64,000 nt of DNA from Schmidtea nova (GCA_044892505.1 CM097884.1:89342001-89406000), one strand, 5' to 3'; shown: positions 38,528 to 51,716, counted from the stretch's first letter. Program-made: numbers and translations. Notes: generated by a model not told the origin, from the sequence alone.

Positions 38528-41500
38528 CAGAGGCGTAGCGAGGGATTTTGGCGCCCGGGGCGAAACTATAAATTTTGCGCCCCCGGGCCTCCCTCCGTTG
38601 CAATGAAGAAGTTAAAGTTAAACACAATTTGAAGCCATTTCAAGTGAAACGAATTTTTATTTTAATCTATATATACAGAGTATTACAGACGCAGAAAAAA
38701 TGTCCGTGTTCGTTACAGTACTTTGCCTAACCAACAGTTGAGTTACAAGCTATAACAACGGCTCATTCATTCTTAAAATTATCGTGATAATAAACGTACG
38801 TTATACCAAATTTATTTTTCTCGCCTTCATGCTTGCAAATTTGTTAATAATATCATCGAAGTCGATTTTTTCAGCTGTTTCCTTCTCGACACTTAGCAGT
38901 GCAAGATCAGAAAGACGATCCTGACCCATAGATGCTCTAAGATACGAGAGTATTAGCTTCAGCTTGCTGAAGGAACGCTCGCAACTGGCTATTGATACTG
39001 CAATTGTTAAAAGAATTTGCAGAGCAATGCGCAAGTTTGGAAAAACATCATCACCATATGACACAATGAAAGAAATGAGTTCCAAGGGAGTCGATGGTAA
39101 AGCATCACCTCTCGCGTTTAGCAGCATTTTGCAGTCGCATGTTTCGTTGAATAGTTCTCTTCCATCAACATCTGTGTCGTAGAAAATAGCTAGATCTAAG
39201 CAATTTGCGCGAAGAATATCCAAATCATCGCTCTTGATGAGATTTTTAACATCCAGTAAAAATCCGAATTTTGAGTTTAAGTCAGTGAGACGAATGAATC
39301 TCGTTGTTAGTTCCTGTTGAAATCTATCCAACACACCTTTCATAACTCGTGATACCTCTTCTTCAGCTGAAAGCCCGGCATCCCGTGCCAACTCTCCAGG
39401 CATGCGTTTCCTTCTTCTTGTTCGTCGTTGAATTTCCACTCCCCATTCTGCACATCTGATCTTTGCACTGTTAATTGCGCCTTCACACAAATCGTCGCAC
39501 TCCAAGTTGATGTTTTTCTCTAATGCATCCAGATCAGACGCTGCATCCTTGAAATTCATGGTGGGGTCTTGAAGACGTTTTTGAACTCGATCAATTTTTC
39601 TTAGAATTGTGTTCCAGAAATAAAGTAGCACGAGGAAATTGAAGTCCAGAATACACGGCAGCAACCTTTCTGCATCAGTTCTGGTGTCATTTGTCTGATT
39701 TCTGTCATCTGATAGTTTCTCTAGCAGTTCCACAAGTTCAGTTAATCCTTCGAAGATTGGTTTGACGGCCTCCACTCTTGCACTCCACCGGGTTTCTGAT
39801 TCCCGCTTCAAAGTGATAGGTATTGCTTTCTTTAGCTCTTCCTAGCGAAGCGTTGAAGAACGAGAAAAGAAAACAAAAATACTTTCGACCGTTCCAAAAA
39901 AGGTTACAACGATCGCATCTTGTTTGGCTGAATGAACTCCAACCAAGTTCAAACTATGATTGTCACAGTTGACAAACACAGCTCGCATTATCGTAACATT
40001 GCGATCTACAATCCTCTAGAGGTAAGTTGTCAGAATCCAGTTTCTCAGTGATTACTTTTTCAAGAGAGGCTGCATCCTTAGCGCGAAGCTGAATATATCC
40101 CAGAAATGACTCCTTTATCGTGACTTTCTTGGTTACATAATCGATATCCACAAACCTGATAACCTCAGACAACTGCTCTCTGTGAGCGAGATCGGGAGTT
40201 GAGTCAAGTAATATGCCGTAATACTTGTTGTTCCGGATATCAATCAGCAACTGATTTCGAACAGTTGACGCTAGAATGCTAATGAATTCGTTTTGGATTT
40301 CTGGTGACAGGTATGAGACTGAACCTGGATTTTCTGATGCCTGTTTTAGATGGTTTGCAAAAATTGGGTCGTACTGAGCAATGAGTTTCAGCAGAGACAA
40401 GAAATTACCAGCATTTGTTGGATCTTCATTTGTTAAGCTTTCAGTATGACCACGTAATGCCAAATTCTGATACGCTAGGAACTTGAAAGCACTTAGCAAA
40501 CGTTTCAGAATATCACGCCATTTTTGTTTTTCTCTTTGAATCTGATCTTCAACTTCTGTATCAATACCTTTTTTATTGACGATCCTTCGCTCTGCTTCTT
40601 TCCAGGCAGTGAACGACTGACGGTGACTGGGGCTGTTTTCATGTGCAACCAGTTTTTCTACGCCTTTTCTCCAATTTTTAAATCCAACAGCCAATTCAAA
40701 AGCAGACCGAGAATTTGAACTTGACGAACTGAACAACAAACAACAGAAGCAATAAGCAGCTTCATTTGTCGGGGAATACAGAAGCCATGATCGACTGACT
40801 TCCTCTCCATTGGCAAGCTGGCGCTTGAACCACGCTGCTTTCATTGAACGTCCATCAACAGATGTGAACGGACCTCCTGCGTTTTGAAATACTGAAGCTC
40901 CACATACTATCAGCTCATTTCGAAGTTTTTGTGACACCGTGGCTAGTTGAGATATTTGGTCGAAATCTAAATATCCAATGTCATTGAACATCAGTACTTC
41001 AGGGATGGCATTTCGAGGGGCATCATCATCATCAGCATCATCATCAGCAGAATCATCATCATCGTCGTCTTCATCGTCTCTTCCGGTGTTTGATTCTTCG
41101 GCTATATCAATACTCCTATAATTGTTTTCGGCAGTCTCTTCCCGTTCCTGTCGCTGCATATCGAGGTAGAGAATGGACTCAGCAGTGTCAGCCTCCATTT
41201 GATCAATTACTTCCTCGTCTTGGTCTTGAGTTTCCGGTTCAGAATCGTCTCCTGATTCATCGGATTCATCTATGTAATTGTGAGATTCATCATCAGTTTT
41301 ACCTTTTTTCAAAAATTGTTCCATTAAGTGACGGGACTTCTTGGCTTCATTATCGAAGCCAACCTTCCTCTTTTGCCGTTGAGCGCCACTCAATTTTCTT
41401 CCTGACATGATCTGAAAATCAAAAAATTAAAAACATTGGAAAACTTCGCAAAAGATAATTAATTTTCTATTCAATTATTTATAATATATCTAGTAATTAT

Positions 41501-42676
41501 ACAGTAATCAGTAATCTCAAGTATAACAATTAAAATAAATATTCATTTATTATGATCATCTGATTATGATAATGTTCAATTTATTTTTATTTAATTCAAT
41601 ATATGTACACAAATTGTTAACAGCAACATACCGTTTTCTTGTTGTTTCTTGTTCAAAATGACGCCAACTTCTCTTTGAAAAATTTAATGCCAATGAATTA
41701 TTAGTTTTATTAATTTATTTTATTTATTTGCAATCCAACATCAAGTTTAACAAGCGACTGGCCACGAGGCAGATCTAACACATTTTACACATAACTGTTA
41801 TACGAACGGCATTCCTACTATGAACACTTAACACCAACCACAGTCTAAGATCTAGTGGCCCGGCAGTCTGAACCCATCCATTCCGGCTGGCTGTGCCAGA
41901 ACCCAGAGGTGATGAGGGCATGAGGCTCCTGTTATCTAGGCCGTCGGTTCAGCAGGCCATGGACATGGTGTGCTGCACACACGTTCTAGATAGCAGGGCA
42001 GCTTTTAATTTACATCAGCTCTACAACAGCGACGTGAAATGACTGGATGAAGGCGAAGCTTGAAGGGGTCACCAAGTGCAAGCCTGTCGCCAAGTTCCAA
42101 CTTGCCTGAGCTTGACTTCAGAGATATGTGCCGACCGACATTGCGGTCTGGCGGATTCGAAATTGAACACATCGATCCTGGCTGGCTGTCGGTGGCTGAG
42201 CCAGAGCGGTGATGAGGCTCCTATACTATCTATCTAGACCGTCTGTTCAGCAGGCCATGCCCATGTTCCCACACGGCGTGGGCAAGGTGTGCTGCACAGA
42301 CGTTCTAGGTAGCAAGAGCAGCTTTCAAAACATTGGCTCTACGTCAACGATGTGAAATGACTGGTGGCTGGAGCATGAAGGGGTCACCAAGTTCCACCTT
42401 GCCTGAGCCGGAGATCTGTGTCTAGATTGTGGCTGGTGGGTTTGAAATGAAACACATGAGTGACATGGCTCTCTCCCTTCCTAAGAACCTAACAAGTTTG
42501 ATGCTGCAGAACAACTAAATGGACAGCAGATATACAACTAGACTGTGGACGACATCCTGATGCAAGGAAGGAAACTACTGTTTTTCTTGCATCTTACGCA
42601 AACTTTGAGAGAGAGAGTTAGTCTAGCATGAATATACTGTATCTTCCTCTTCGGCGCCCCCCTAGCTACGCCCCTG
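38528..42676 (-). mobile_element. Full-length hAT transposon (ZMYM1-like transposase), 4149 bp
   Basis: 16-bp TIRs CAG(A/G)GGCGTAGC(G/T)AGG; perfect 8-bp TSD CCCCGTGG (38520-38527, 42677-42684). Confidence 0.96.
38801..41408 (-). pseudogene. hAT transposase with a small deletion/frameshift (~39970) and one nonsense codon (~39843)
   Basis: TTF-type finger WLLYSPTNEAAYCFCC, LALRGH, LLDSTPDLAHREQLS, QCYDNA, ETRWSAR, ASCERSFSKLKLI; segment between DNA and VFVNCDNHSLNL is missing. Confidence 0.92.
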
Positions 42677-42883
42677 CCCCGTGGACAAAATGCGGCTTGA
42701 TAAGTGTCAATGTAAGATCAGAGATCTTAATTTTAAAAAATATTTTGTATTTTTATTAAAAAAACAGTTCAGTAAACAAATTTCAAGCAATATAACTTGT
42801 CAGTAAACTTTACTGTTTTGTGTTTTATTTAATGCTTAATGCAATTATAATATACATGTATTATAATAAACATTTTTTTGAAA

Positions 42884-42886
<3 letters not shown>

Positions 42887-42957
<71 letters not shown>
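42887..42957. repeat. (TA)n microsatellite
   Basis: Direct inspection. Confidence 0.98.
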
Positions 42958-42958
<1 letters not shown>

Positions 42959-43411
42959 TTTAAAAACATTGGTATTTCCCGGTTATCTCGACCTCATCAA
43001 AAATTGAACAATTTCAATTTTAAAAATCGTTTTAAACCAAGTTATGTAATAAAAANNNNNNNNNNNNNNNNNNNNNNNNNNNNNNNNNNNNNNNNNNNNN
43101 NNNNNNNNNNNNNNNNNNNNNNNNNNNNNNNNNNNNNNNNNNNNNNNNNNNNNNNNNNNNNNNNNNNNNNNNNNNNNNNNNNNNNNNNNNNNNNNNNNNN
43201 NNNNNNNNNNNNNNNNNNNNNNNNNNNNNNNNNNNNNNNNNNNNNNNNNNNNNNNNNNNNNNNNNNNNNNNNNNNNNNNNNATTTTTGGTACTTTCCGAT
43301 TAAAATAATAATAATAATAATAAAATAAAAAATAATAACAATAGCAATAATAATAAATAATTAACATTATAATAAACATAATAATAATAATAATAATAAT
43401 AATTATTATTA

Positions 43412-43640
43412 TTATTATTATTATCAATAATTCTCATAATGACTATAGATCAAATTTTTTTTTATAAACAATAACACAATATTTCGGCACAGCCTTTATC
43501 AAGTGTGTATTTCAAATATACACATATAAATACACACTTGATAAAGGCTGTGCCGAAATATTGTGTTATTGTTTATAAAAAAAAATTTGATCTATAGTCA
43601 TGAGAATTATTGATAATAATAATAAAAAAAGATCAAAGGT
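43412..43640. repeat. Long palindrome, copy 1 (near-complete centre), Penelope pLTR-like
   Basis: Arms ...CAATAATTCTCATAATGACTATAGATCAAA...CGGCACAGCCTTTATCAAGTGTGTATTT and its reverse complement; bordered by (AAT)n/(TTA)n. Confidence 0.9.
43532..43566 (+). ncRNA. Minimal type I hammerhead-like motif, U3-A8 variant (mirror copy on minus at ~43474-43508)
   Basis: ACACAC-TTGATAA-A-GGC TGT GCC-GAAA-TATT-GTGT: stem I ACAC/GTGT, 3-bp stem II, palindromic stem III. Confidence 0.6.
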
Positions 43641-43881
43641 NNNNNNNNNNNNNNNNNNNNNNNNNNNNNNNNNNNNNNNNNNNNNNNNNNNNNNNNNNNN
43701 NNNNNNNNNNNNNNNNNNNNNNNNNNNNNNNNNNNNNNNNNNNNNNNNNNNNNNNNNNNNNNNNNNNNNNNNNNNNNNNNNNNNNNNNNNNNNNNNNNNN
43801 NNNNNNNNNNNNNNNNNNNNNNNNNNNNNNNNNNNNNNNNNNNNNNNNNNNNNNNNNNNNNNNNNNNNNNNNNNNNNNNNN

Positions 43882-45260
43882 TATACTTCTAATGTCTATT
43901 TTATCTTTGATAATCAATTGTATAAGCAAATTGATGGTGTTGCCATGGGCTCACCTTTAGCTCCTACACTGGCATCTATTTTTCTGTCAAGTTTAGAAAA
44001 TAAATTTATAAATTGTAGTGTGAATAAACCCTTAGTATATAAACGTTATGTTGATGATATTTTTCTTGTATTTAAGAATAAAGAACATGTTGAGCCTTTT
44101 TTGTATTATATGAATGATTTGCATAAAAATATTAAATTTACTTTTGAAGAAGAAATTAATTCTAAAATATCATTTCTTGATTTGTTGATTGAAAAGAAAG
44201 AGAAACATTTTGAAACCGAAATTTATAGGAAAGCAACAGATACTGGTTTGTATACATCACCGGAAAGCTTTTGTGATTTTAAATATAAAAGAAATATGAT
44301 AAGGGGATTGGTTTATCGTTCTTGGACATTGCCGTCAACTTATTGTAAATCTATAAATAGTATTGATAAATTAATTAAATTACTACAGAATAATGGATAT
44401 TCAAAATGTTTCTTGCAACGAATGGTGAGTGAAACTGTTGATAAGTGTATTAATAAGTTGAATGTGATTGATGAAAAAATTTCTCATGGTGTTGATCCGT
44501 TTAATACATCTGATAGTGCTCCTTTGATTGAAACAGGTGATGTTGTTATGGGAATGAATGATGGTGTTGATTGCAATAATAATAATGAAATAAATAAAAG
44601 TAACTTGAATGATTGCATTGGTTCCGTTATAGCTTTACCGTTTTCTGAGGGATTTGTAAATTTTAAAAAATCTATTATAAAATCTATTGGAAATACTAAT
44701 GTTAAAATAATTTCTAAATCTTGCAAAGTTCGTGACATGTTCAGTAATAAATCTGTGACGCCATTTGGTCTGTGTTCTGATCTCGTATATCGTTTTACTT
44801 GTAATGGGTGTAATGCCACATACATTGGAGAGACTGCCCGTCATCTCTGTACACGAGTTCAAGAACATGCCAGAAAGAGCGGAAAGAGTAACATTATTGA
44901 GCATAATAAGACTTGCAAGAAGAGCATTGATATTTCTAATTTCAAAATACTTTCTAGGGGTTTTAAAAATTATTATGAACGTGTGAATTGTGAGGCTTTG
45001 ATGATAAAATCATTTAATCCTAAAATAAATATACAAAATGCAATATCAACATGCATTTTGAGAGTGTTTAATTAATTTTATTAGGGTAAATAAAAGTTTT
45101 ATTGGATTGTGCACATGTAATTATGTAATCACTATTAAGCGTATAATTAAGATCAATTTTTATTTTATTGAGATTGTGGAAAGCCTGATGATGACAGCTA
45201 AGCTGTTGAAATATATTGCATTAATATATTTTAAAAAATGGTGTTCTCTTATTTATTATA
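43882..45260 (+). mobile_element. Penelope-like retroelement (RT plus GIY-YIG endonuclease); 5' part lies in a gap
   Basis: YKQIDGVAMGSPLAPTLASIFL, YKRYVDDIF, FLDL, YRKATDTG; LVYRFTCNGCNATYIGETARHLCTRVQEH; ORF open to 45075; hammerhead in the 3' region. Confidence 0.93.
45180..45220 (+). ncRNA. Minimal hammerhead ribozyme motif in the Penelope 3' region
   Basis: GC-CTGATGA-T-GACAGC TAA GCTGTT-GAAA-TATATT-GC: canonical core, 6-bp stem II, ATATAT palindrome; stem I only ~2 bp. Confidence 0.7.
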
Positions 45261-45278
45261 ATAATAATAATAATAATA

Positions 45279-45280
<2 letters not shown>

Positions 45281-45334
<54 letters not shown>

Positions 45335-45592
45335 CATAATTATCTTTTTTCACCTTTGATCTTTTTTTATTATTATTATCAATAATTCTCATAATGATGA
45401 CTATAGATCAAAATTTTTTATTTATAAACAATAACACAATATTTCGGCACAGCCTTTATCAAGTGTGTATAAAGGCTGTGCCGAAATATTGTGTTATTGT
45501 TTATAAAAAAAAATTTTGATCTATAGTCATCATTATGAGAATTATTGATAATAATAATAAAAAAAGATCAAAGGTGAAAAAAGATAATTATG

Positions 45593-45641
<49 letters not shown>
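45281..45641. repeat. Long palindrome, copy 2 (central deletion), (TTA)n...(AAT)n outer arms
   Basis: Same arms as copy 1; centre reads AAGTGTG|TATAAAGGCTGTGCC so the plus-strand core is lost. Confidence 0.9.
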
Positions 45642-45677
<36 letters not shown>

Positions 45678-46419
45678 TGTTGTTTATTGCCTTAATTTGT
45701 CAAAAAAGATTTTTAAAATTGAAATTGTTAAATCGACATTGTCGAGATAACCGGAAAGTACCAAACATTTTTGTATTTTGACCTCCCCCCCAAATATTTT
45801 GGAATTTAGAATTTGCACCCCTGAGTAAAACTTAGGTAACCCCTGGTTTAAATCATTAATTTTTTGTAATTTTCAAAAATTAACATTTGACGTAATTTAT
45901 TTTGATTTAAAAACCATTTATATCTAAATTACACTAATAAAAATGTATATTTTAAAAACTTACACAATTTACCATTTCAATCAGCCTTAACTCTTTCCGG
46001 TCATATTTCGAGCACAGCTCGACATAAAACTGTTATATTGCTACTAAGATGGCTACTGGTTCTCGAAGTGAATTTGTCGGATTTTGTTGAACTGAATACT
46101 TAAAATTGAATTTTTCACAGTTATTATTATATACAGTTATTACTGTATAAATTTTAAATAAATTTGGATTTTAATTGGCTAATGCTTACAACAGAATGTT
46201 AAATTAATTGTCTGTCGTAAAGTATTAAATATTCAGATTTGACTAATTTTAAGTCATCAATTGATCACAGTAAATAATTCATTTTTTAACTTTGTTGAGT
46301 TTTAAAGATTTCGGTATGATTAAAACGAATAAAGTATTTTTTGGACACCACAAAAATAAAATTTGATTTTTACATTAAATTATTAAAGCAAAAATTAAAG
46401 AATAATTTTAAATAAAAAT

Positions 46420-46600
46420 TATTATAGTCATTGCTGTTGTCCAGCTGCCTATAAACAGGTCATTCATCAGACCATTTCGTCGTACCGGGAACGATCACAT
46501 TTCTTATAATCTGGAGGAGACTGTCTTTCTATTTTCAACCAGATAATAATATTCTGACAATGTGATGCGGTACAGTAAAACCAACAGGCTCCAGCTGTGC
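46420..46600 (-). mobile_element. Merlin/IS1595 (ISXO2-like) transposase fragment
   Basis: DSLLQIIRNVIVPGTTKWSDE*PVYRQL resembles the TLLPII...PGTTIWSDEW.AY motif. Confidence 0.55.
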
Positions 46601-48019
46601 TTCTACCACGTAGATGCTTGACGCTGTAATCAAGTTTGGTCTCATCTATCTGACATACTGATAAAGGTACGCTTAATATAATAGGATTCTGTAAAAATAT
46701 TCTATTATATTTTCAATTCTTTTCTTAATGCATATATATCGACTTTTAGATATCTTTATAGATCCGAAAATTTCTTTTTCAATTCGAAATGCCATCAAAA
46801 CCTTTAAATAAATTATACTTGAAAGTCTATGCTTTTTGTGCGTTTTTTTATACATCAAATTATATCTTATCTCTTAATCTTTGAATTTCCATTGCTGCAT
46901 TTTTCTCTATTCATGTCTGATTTGATTACAAATGTCATCTTTTCCACACTGAGGATATTCTTTTCTCATTTCATTAAATCCATGAACATGTGAAATATGT
47001 CTCTTTTTCTAATTCCTTTGGTTCATTTTCTTTATTAAATCTACAGCTTCTTCTAGATTCTTTGCTCAAGTAATTTTAAAATACCCTTCATGATCTCATT
47101 TCAAAGATCTTCACGAAACATCAATTCTTAATTTATCTTCTTTTGTTGCTCGTTTCGTACTTAAAAGATGTCGAATTATCCTCACTGTCTATTCTTTTAT
47201 CAGAAACATCTCGATTAATGCCCGATAATAGAATTCGACTGTATTCAATTCCATTCCAAAGTCTTCGCTTGACTTAATTTCAAAAAGAATTTCTGAATCA
47301 AAATATCTTTTTAACAATCTAATTTTATACTCTTCTTTCATTTCAAACTTTTTTTAGAAAAGATTTTATATTTTCTAAATGGTTTTGGATATCCCTCTTG
47401 CATCTTCTTGTGAACATATACAATGATATTTCAATCTCTAAGGCTAAAAGAGACTTGACAAATGTATTGTTAAATGTAACTGTTCGTGACGCCATGTTTA
47501 AATATGCCATTGAATATAAAATAATAATTTGAAATCTCTTACACAAAATACTGACACTCAATTAAATTCAAAAATTCACAAAAACTGAATTTATTACAAT
47601 ATTCAAACTCTAAATAATTTTTTATCTCACAATCGTTTTTTACAAAATCAATTAATTAAGCAATTCAAATAAATACTTTAGAACAAATGTGGCCAATCGC
47701 GGCTCGCCTTGAACATTTTTCTGGATCGCAAGATTCATCAAACTAACAAAATATATTTATTTTATAAAGGTTGGGGTAATTTAAGCATTCTAATTATATT
47801 AATAAACAAACATTTTTCATTGTTTTGTCAGTAATATGAATTATGACTGCAAGGAAAAGAAGAATAGTTGACGAAAATAATATAATAATTATTATTATTA
47901 TTTTATCTGTGTTTACATGTAAGAATAATAGTAAACACAATAATAATAATTCATTTTGTTTCAATTTTGCACTCCAAAAAGGTTTGTAGTGTATCTAAAT
48001 TAATATGGTGATATTTAAT

Positions 48020-48780
48020 TTTATATGTGACCCGCGGAGTTATGATGCATTTCCAAAGTGGACCGCAAGATCATTTAGGTTAGCCACTCCTGCTTTAGAA
48101 TTTATTTATGGTTTTTCACATTTTGTGTGTTGCCAATATACTTCAGTCATACTACTTGTTTTTTATTCAACTTTTTATCCCTACAAATCAGCCTCGAGCA
48201 GTATACCAACTGCTGCAAAGGTGATCGAATTTTATACATATACTATTGTGCATCATTTTCACACATATCAAACGAGAATTGATAATTCATTACATATATG
48301 TCATCAGATGCTACAATTAGCCTTTTAAGGATTTCAATAATTTTCTGAGAATCATTCAAGAAAATGGAGCATTGACACATGCTAATATAATCCGAACTTG
48401 GGAGTGTCATATACAACTGAACTAGCTTTTGAATAATTAGATTTTTTAGTGATTTGTTTCCAACTAATGTCATTCATCTCTTAAATTCGTATTGACGCAT
48501 CTCCTATTTGCCTTGTATCGTACGGGTGGCTCTTTCAAACATGTCTAAACTCTGAATTTCTAGTCTAATACCTAACTCTTGTTTATGTTGTTTAAGCTGA
48601 GAGAAATTATTGAACTCGTTGTTTGATTCACTGGATTTTTGTATGCACTTTTCCTCCTTTATAGAAACATATTCATGAATATATTTGGCATTTATCGTTT
48701 CGACATCTCTATTTTGTGCATTGAAATCAAATAATTCTTTCGCAGAGAGACCATAATCCAAAAATTTTAGTTTAAGCATC
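48020..48780 (-). pseudogene. PSMD1: Decayed intronless 26S proteasome subunit Rpn2/PSMD1 N-terminal fragment, antisense in the ACADS intron
   Basis: YGLSAKELFD..DVETINAKYI, HKQELGIRLEIQSLDMFE, LVQLYMTLPSSDYISMCQCSIFLND, YQFSFDMCE are collinear with Rpn2. Confidence 0.85.
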
Positions 48781-50292
48781 AATTTAAAAACATAATTCGA
48801 TTCAAATAATATATTTATATTCCACGTAAAATTCAAAAAAGAACAAAACTCAAAACACCAAAAATCTAAATCATAATAAAAAACTCCATATCACTTAGAG
48901 AAAAGAAATCAATCAAAACCCAGACACACAAAAACCCCACCAACCAAATCACAATTTACTAGTAGGAATTACGAACCTGCATATAACCGGTCTCACAAAC
49001 ACACATTGCAATGAAGCAATCCCAAAAACACTGAGACTCATAAGTTGAGACGTGATTAACCACTACTTGATATTTACAGTTATAAATTGTGTGACGTGTT
49101 TGCTATGGCGTTAAATATACCACTCTCATATTATAACTTAGATCAAATCCTTCAACCTTTTTAAACTATCGCAAACTCAGAATTTATTTTTCCTAAAAAA
49201 TTAGCCTAACGTTCGCCCTAAATTCTTGAAACAAATTAAATTAAATTTATTTTTATTATTTTTTTACATGAACCAACACAAATCTTATTTATTGCGATCT
49301 TAATATATTAAGATTGCTACGTGTCAAGTTGATAGTAATAATAGCAATTCACTTAGTCAAAAATGTTCTACATTCATTAAGAATTTTTGACAGATAATGC
49401 AACGCCCACATAAATTTCTTAACGTCCTTTTCCGCCTATTTTCTGGTTCTGAGATATCGTAACCAATTTTTACCTAGTTTTCAAGAATTTGTAAAATACT
49501 AATGTGAATCTGCTGATTCGTATGAACAAGAACCTAAAAGCGTTGTCAAAAATTTTCAAAAATTATCTTGCAAACTGTATTTTTTACTAGTTGACACGAG
49601 TATGAAATCCTTGGATGTTGAATTAAAAACTTACACTAACTGCTCTATTAGCAACGGAGTGATTTTTGTTCTCATTGAAGTGCAGAATATCGCCCATGAA
49701 ACAGAACGATACTCATTGGGTCTAATGAAAAAAAATTCGAATGAAATATTTATTCGTAAATTGATATCAAATTCAATGATGAATTGTTTCTGGTTTAGTT
49801 TCTACTTGCATTATCTAGCGGCTGACAAAGCGTATAAGGGCTCCGATTGTTTTGCAAGCTGATTTACGTACAACGGCAATTGAATTATTTTAAACTTTTT
49901 AAACGCCGAAGCAATATATTTTGCAGTTGAATTAATTGAAACTTTTCAACTTTTAATTGATTAAAGCTTTTGATTGCAAAAAAGTCAGATACATTGCATA
50001 AGTGAATTATTGGTTCTATCATCAATACGAAATACAATTTGTCTATTCCCGTAACACTATCAGAGTTTCATCTATAGCAGTAAGCCTGGGCTTAAATATT
50101 TTCAAGATAAGCGTGTAACATACAATCAATTATCAACTAAAAATTTTATCATTAGAAATATAATTGGAATTTGCGTTACACTGCTTTAATTTATACACTT
50201 GAAACGTATTTTTCGTTTTCCACTCATAAAAATCTCTTTGAGATTCATTTCTTAATGTCATTATTATCAAACAGTTGTGATTCAAATTCATA

Positions 50293-51586
50293 TACGTGGT
50301 GCGCCCAATAAGTCGTGAGACTAATATAGAAATAATAATAGTAAAAAAATTGATACAGACATATTTAAACTTCAACATATATAGGTAAAGAAAATGTATT
50401 TTTTTTTAATAATCCATTATTGTTTAAGTATATTTTTGCGAACATTCGAAAAATGCCTCTGGAAACTATTCAATACCTTAGCGTTATTCGCTTTCTCTTT
50501 CTGAAAGGAAAAAATAGAGAAGAGGTTCTTTCTGAACTGAAAGCTATTTACCAACAAGAGTGCCCATCCACAGCAACAATTTATCGTTGGTTCAATTACT
50601 TTCAGAGTGGTAGAACCTCCGTGGTGGACGAAGAAAGATCTGGAAGACCCTCAGAAATTGATGAAAAAATAACGCAAAAGCTGCAGACAATCGTGCAAAA
50701 CGAGAGAAAAGAACGACGAGAGAGCTCACAACCCGTCTAAATGTGAGCAAAGGCACTGTGCATACTCTCCTCACTGAAAGTGGTATTCGAAAACTATGTT
50801 CCCATTTTGTGCCACGCTTCTTAACGGTGGAAATGCGACAACGACGCTTGGAATGCTGCTTGGAGAATCTGCAGATCAGGACCAATGTTGGAGACCGTTT
50901 CATTGATAATATCATCACTGTGGACGAGACACCGTTGTCCCTTTATGTCCCCAAATCTAAAAGAGAGTCTCAAGAATGGAAACTGCCAAGAGAAAGCAGA
51001 TCACTGAAAATGCGGTCCTCAACTTGCCGCCGAAAGGCTCTCATGCTGACGGTGTTTTGGGACGCCAATGGCATTATTCTGACTGACTTTGCTGAATCCG
51101 GCGTGAAGATCAATAGTTCTTACTACTCCAACATCGTGCAGCAAGCGAGGAAGGCACGACGCAAGAGTAGAGTGTGTGATCTATATTTTTTACACGATAA
51201 TGCTCCCATCACACCAGCAGCGTTTCCGTGGCCAAAATTGAGCGTTGCGGGCTCAATTTGCTTCCCCATCCTCCATACAGCCCCGATTTGGCTCCCTCCG
51301 ATTTTTTCCTGTTTAACCATCTTAAGACGCATCTGCGGGGCCAGATGTTTGCCAACAAACATGATTTGAGAGCAGCCGTGGAGAGTTTTCTGGGAGAAAA
51401 GCCTCCAGAATTCTTCAAAAACGCCTTCGAAAACCTCGTTATTCGCTGGGAAAATTGTGTCAGTGCAGAAGGAAATTATTTTGAGAAATGATGCCTATTT
51501 ACCATGCTTGTTCTAAATACAAAGTTTTGTGTTGATATCTTAAGTCTTTCTATTTTAGTCTCACGATTTATTGGGCGCACCACGTA
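50293..51586 (+). mobile_element. Mariner (DD34D) transposon, full length ~1.29 kb, two frameshifts
   Basis: ~32-bp TIRs TACGTGGTGCGCCCAATAA(G/A)TCGTGAGACTAA flanked by TA (ends ambiguous by 2 bp); ATG 50453; TIYRWF, RSGRP, FVPRFL, TVDET, HDNA, HPPYSPDLAPSDFFLF. Confidence 0.96.
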
Positions 51587-51715
51587 TACTTATGCTCGAA
51601 ACATTTGAAACATAGTAGAAATGCTAAAAATTTGAAAAAAATAAAAACTCGGATAATATGTTACTACACATCAGATGTAAACATATTTATATATAAAACA
51701 AATCTTTTTGCTTTG

Positions 51716-51716
<1 letters not shown>

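Noticed and set aside
42878-45781. Poly-I/N/Y ORFs and ORFs running through N-gaps here and elsewhere
   Set aside because: Artefacts of microsatellites and gaps
46860-47560. Possible Gypsy gag remnant on the minus strand
   Set aside because: Only a general impression; no zinc knuckle, LTR or linked pol
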